Of a stretch of 60,460 nt of DNA, positions 57,232-60,460 are shown piece after piece. Origin of the DNA: Bacillota bacterium (GTDB lineage: Bacteria; Bacillota; Clostridia; Peptostreptococcales; Anaerovoracaceae); contig JAGAFN010000011.1 of the NCBI GenBank assembly GCA_017612585.1, forward strand, positions 1-60,460, given 5' to 3'. A program made the position numbers and the translations under genes. Below the pieces are notes generated by a model that saw nothing but the letters and a program-made list of their open reading frames with translations, searched no databases and had not been told where the DNA came from. Numbering within the stretch: position 1 is the first letter of the stretch; every line of letters starts with the position of its first letter.

Positions 57232-58287
57232 TTATAACAAAGCCCTTACGGCTTCTTTGACCTGGGTTACGCTCGGAATCATGCCTCCCGTTCTTCCCGT
57301 GAAGCTTACAGGCTTAAGCCCATTAACTGCGAGCCTTACGTCGTCAACCATCTGGCCGAGACTCATCTCTACCGAAAGGAATGCTTTTACCTCCGGTTTC
57401 TCCGCAAGATCTCTGAGCGGTTTCTCCGGGAACGGCCAAAGGGTTATCGGCCTAAGCATTCCGACCTTAAGCCCTTCCTCTCTCATCTCTTCGATTGCGG
57501 AGAGACATATTCTCGCCGGGGTTCCGTAGGATACGAGAATTACTTCCGCGTTGTCCGTATTGATACTCTCCCAGCGGCATTCCTTCTCTGCGATAACTTT
57601 GTATTTCTCGTTCATCTTGATATTGTGAGCTTCGCATGCTTGTGAATCCATAAGAAGCGAAGTAACAAAGTTATTGTGATCTCTTCCGTTTCTTCCGGAA
57701 GCCGCCCAATCCTTTGGCTCGAGCTCTCTTCTCTCTATGTGGTTCCAGTGAATCGGTTCCATCATCTGAGCGATGAGTCCGTCAACGAGGAAGAGCACGG
57801 GATTTCTGTATTCGTCCGCTATATCAAATGCTTCCTGCATGATATCCACTGTTTCCTGAAGCGAAGAAGGAGCGAATACTATAGTTCTGTAGTCTCCGTT
57901 TCCCCCTCCCCTTGTCGCCTGGTAGTAATCACTCTGTGAGGGCTGAATGGTTCCGAGTCCCGGGCCACCCCTGTTACAGTTTACGATTACTGCGGGAAGT
58001 TCAGTCGCGGCGAGGTAGCTTATGCCTTCCTGCTTAAGGCTGATACCCGGAGATGAAGAAGAAGTCATCGCTCTCATTCCGGCAGCCGCAGCTCCGTAAA
58101 CCATATTGATTGCGGCAACCTCTGACTCCGCCTGCACGAACACACCACCTACCGTAGGCATACGGTGGGACATATATTCCGGTATTTCATTCTGCGGTGT
58201 AATGGGGTATCCGAAGAATCCCTGGCACCCTCCTTTGATGGCAGCTTCCGCTATGGCTTCACTGCCCTTCCAAATTTCGCGTTCCAT
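57232..58287 (-). CDS. vorB: 2-oxoacid (branched-chain, Vor-type) oxidoreductase alpha subunit
   Basis: GYPITPQ, QAESE, TSSSSPG.SLKQE, RGGPGLG. Confidence 0.88.
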   Translation of the reverse strand: MEREIWKGSEAIAEAAIKGGCQGFFGYPITPQNEIPEYMSHRMPTVGGVFVQAESEVAAINMVYGAAAAGMRAMTSSSSPGISLKQEGISYLAATELPAVIVNCNRGGPGLGTIQPSQSDYYQATRGGGNGDYRTIVFAPSSLQETVDIMQEAFDIADEYRNPVLFLVDGLIAQMMEPIHWNHIERRELEPKDWAASGRNGRDHNNFVTSLLMDSQACEAHNIKMNEKYKVIAEKECRWESINTDNAEVILVSYGTPARICLSAIEEMREEGLKVGMLRPITLWPFPEKPLRDLAEKPEVKAFLSVEMSLGQMVDDVRLAVNGLKPVSFTGRTGGMIPSVTQVKEAVRALL

Positions 58288-58300
58288 GTTCTTCCTCCGC

Positions 58301-58513
58301 TTATTCGTCTTTGGTAATTGTTATGATTGAGTCAGGGCAGATTTTGGCGCAGCTTGCGCAACCAATGCAGGAATCCGGGTCCTGGCATTCGGCGGGTCTG
58401 TATCCCTTGATGTTCGGACTATCGGAAATCCCCAGGATATGCTTTGGACAGACAGAAATGCAGAGTTCACAGCCTTTGCATTTATCCTGTTCAAACGTCA
58501 GGTGGAACGCCAT
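58301..58513 (-). CDS. 2x[4Fe-4S] ferredoxin (oxidoreductase delta subunit)
   Basis: CKGCELCISVCP and CIGCASCAKICP. Confidence 0.92.
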   Translation of the reverse strand: MAFHLTFEQDKCKGCELCISVCPKHILGISDSPNIKGYRPAECQDPDSCIGCASCAKICPDSIITITKDE

Positions 58514-58600
58514 ATTCACTACTCTCCTTTCGTGATTAAACCGACTCTTTATTATATCATTTCAAGACCGATTCTCGGTCAAACCGAACTTTCTTCTCGA

Positions 58601-59311
58601 CTATTTTTCCCAAGGTTTTTTAAGGAAGATATCCATCGGGAGGATTGGCCCTATGTCTTTATCCAGCTTCTCTGCGAGGCTTCTCTCTACCGCATGGAAA
58701 GCGATCGGTATTCCAAGTTCATCGGAAACGGATTCCGTAAGTTCCACGCCCCTGTAGATGTCCTCCGGCTCCGTCTCCGCGAAGAAATGTGTGTTGTTTA
58801 TAAGTCCCGTAATGGGTATCCCTGCGGTGTCTCGAATCTTTTTTACGTATGACACGGCTGCTTCATGCTTCTTGGTCATAGGCCTATTGGCATTTATGAC
58901 ACAGAAAATCTCGGCCTCCCCCGCTTGCATAACCTTATTAAGCTCTACTCCATACCTTGCTAATACTCTGGCGCCTGCCGGGTCACCACCGATATCCATA
59001 ACCCCGATGCGGGAATTATCCTGAAACAGCGATGTGAGTTCCGGTGGCATATAGGGAAGATCTACGTCGGGAAAATCCTCTGCGCTGCTCACTACTCGGA
59101 TAGATCTCTGTTCGAGCAAATCGCGACACTCCCGGGACCTAAAATACGGATTAACTATATCCAAATCAAAGAGGGTAATCCCTGCCTCCTCACCGAGTTT
59201 TACGGCGATGAAAAGCGCATAATTTACCGATATTTCCGACTTGCCGCTTCCGTAGTGACCGGCAATTAAGGTTATGCGCGCCCCCTTTGATTTGACGTCA
59301 TATTCGTTCAT
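58601..59311 (-). CDS. P-loop ATP-binding protein (MinD/CobQ-like) preceding the vor operon
   Basis: GHYGSGKSE, DLDIVNPYFRSR, DIGGD, N.NRP. Confidence 0.85.
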   Translation of the reverse strand: MNEYDVKSKGARITLIAGHYGSGKSEISVNYALFIAVKLGEEAGITLFDLDIVNPYFRSRECRDLLEQRSIRVVSSAEDFPDVDLPYMPPELTSLFQDNSRIGVMDIGGDPAGARVLARYGVELNKVMQAGEAEIFCVINANRPMTKKHEAAVSYVKKIRDTAGIPITGLINNTHFFAETEPEDIYRGVELTESVSDELGIPIAFHAVERSLAEKLDKDIGPILPMDIFLKKPWEK

Positions 59312-59498
59312 ATTATTATAGTATTTTATGGCTCTTTTGTTGTCAATTGATTAGCAAATAATCGCTTTTTTAAGGCTTTTCTTTTGGTGAAAACAACAAA
59401 AAACCCGGCGCTTTTATGTGCCGGATTTTATGCATGTTTAATCGCTGTTTGGCTGACAATTATTGACTTTATTGGCCTTTGTTTATAGCTAATACGTA

Positions 59499-60460
59499 TT
59501 AGTAAATATAGACCTCAGTAACTCCAACCTTAACGTGCGAGAACAGCTCTGCCGCAAGCTCTGTAGGCATGTTGATACATCCGTGCGATCCGTTCTCCAG
59601 ATATATGTCTCCACCGAAGTCCCACCTCCACGACGCGTCATGAATTCCCGTAATGCCATAACTGTCGATTCCCATCCAGTAGGAAACTGTGAGGTCATAG
59701 TCCTCACCAATCAATTGTGCGTCCCGGTCTCTTTGCCTAATCATAAAGTAACCGGTTGGTGTCGGACTCTTCTTGGCATTCCCAGTTACGACAGGGCCAG
59801 AAAGAATCATCGTTCCATTTTCGTAGTACCAAAGATACTGCTGGCTAATTGAAATCTCTATGAACGAGGGGCTTCCGTTTCCGTTTGTCCTGGGTTGTGG
59901 ATAGTTGATATACCACGATGCGGTTATTGTCACATTTTTGTCCTCCGGCTTTTCCGAAACCAGAGCGCTTTTCAACTTCTCCAAGAGATCGTCGTATAGA
60001 AGATACTCGTAGCGATTTATATAGTAATCGTGGGCTATGCCTTGAGCATATTCCTCCACTCCTTCTTCATTCAAGGAAAGTCCTTCTTCACCGCTGTCGA
60101 AGAATCCGAGTATTTCCGCTCCCTTCAATACTTCCGAGCTGTATGACGTTGTATTAATCGTTATGGTTCTTTCCAGAACTTTTTCGAGCATTGCCTTTTC
60201 TGCAATAAGCCTCTTGTCTGTCGATTTGATGCTCGGTTCGGTGCAGAGATCTCTCAGGTCAACATGCTGTGTACCCTCTCCCCTAAGCACTGCCCTGGCC
60301 GCATCCAAAATCATTTCCGTGGCAATGGTTCTGTCTACTCTGTTTCCTTCCTTCTCGGGAACTATGGTTGCACGCGATCCATCCACCTTCACGTATGCGT
60401 CCTGTGCCTCTACGGTAGTGCTCTTTCTCTGTGAAGAGAGTCCGCATATCTCTAGTTTTA
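59499..60460 (-). CDS. L,D-transpeptidase (YkuD) family protein, 5' truncated by the window edge
   Basis: VVTG...TPTG, GIHDA, SHGCINM catalytic motif; frame open to the window end. Confidence 0.88.
   Translation of the reverse strand, partial: KLEICGLSSQRKSTTVEAQDAYVKVDGSRATIVPEKEGNRVDRTIATEMILDAARAVLRGEGTQHVDLRDLCTEPSIKSTDKRLIAEKAMLEKVLERTITINTTSYSSEVLKGAEILGFFDSGEEGLSLNEEGVEEYAQGIAHDYYINRYEYLLYDDLLEKLKSALVSEKPEDKNVTITASWYINYPQPRTNGNGSPSFIEISISQQYLWYYENGTMILSGPVVTGNAKKSPTPTGYFMIRQRDRDAQLIGEDYDLTVSYWMGIDSYGITGIHDASWRWDFGGDIYLENGSHGCINMPTELAAELFSHVKVGVTEVYIY

Overview
Chromosomal segment of an anaerobic, amino-acid-fermenting Firmicute. A Clostridia/Anaerovoracaceae-like origin is inferred from gene content only. 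Nearly all genes are on the minus strand. Positions 1-5.1 kb form an AT-richer accessory island just downstream of lysS. Its small gene units (DUF2271 lipoprotein, truncated Fe-ADH, flavodoxin, MerR, CopG, a membrane protein, an AAA/DUF4143 ATPase) are separated by three copies of an ungapped 41-bp site, and integrase-arm-like repeats sit at the lysS boundary. The core region carries lysS (with a C-terminal tRNA-binding domain), greA, a tandem-fused double acyl-CoA synthetase, tyrS, upp, a Sua5-RpiB fusion, prfA, a succinate CoA-transferase plus AspT-type transporter, rpmE, an orphan addB and a solo HipA-like kinase. It continues with PFOR, arcA/arcB, two M32 carboxypeptidases (one lacking the metal ligands), and a purine ABC transporter plus xpt under a guanine riboswitch with an unusual hairpin inserted in loop L3. 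The right part holds a butyryl-CoA:acetate CoA-transferase-like gene, a bifurcating [FeFe]-hydrogenase cluster with embedded signalling genes, a Vor-type 2-oxoacid oxidoreductase operon and a partial L,D-transpeptidase. Best leads: the cassette-like repeat array, the dead M32 paralogue, the riboswitch variant, and two gene fusions that keep an internal Shine-Dalgarno plus ATG.
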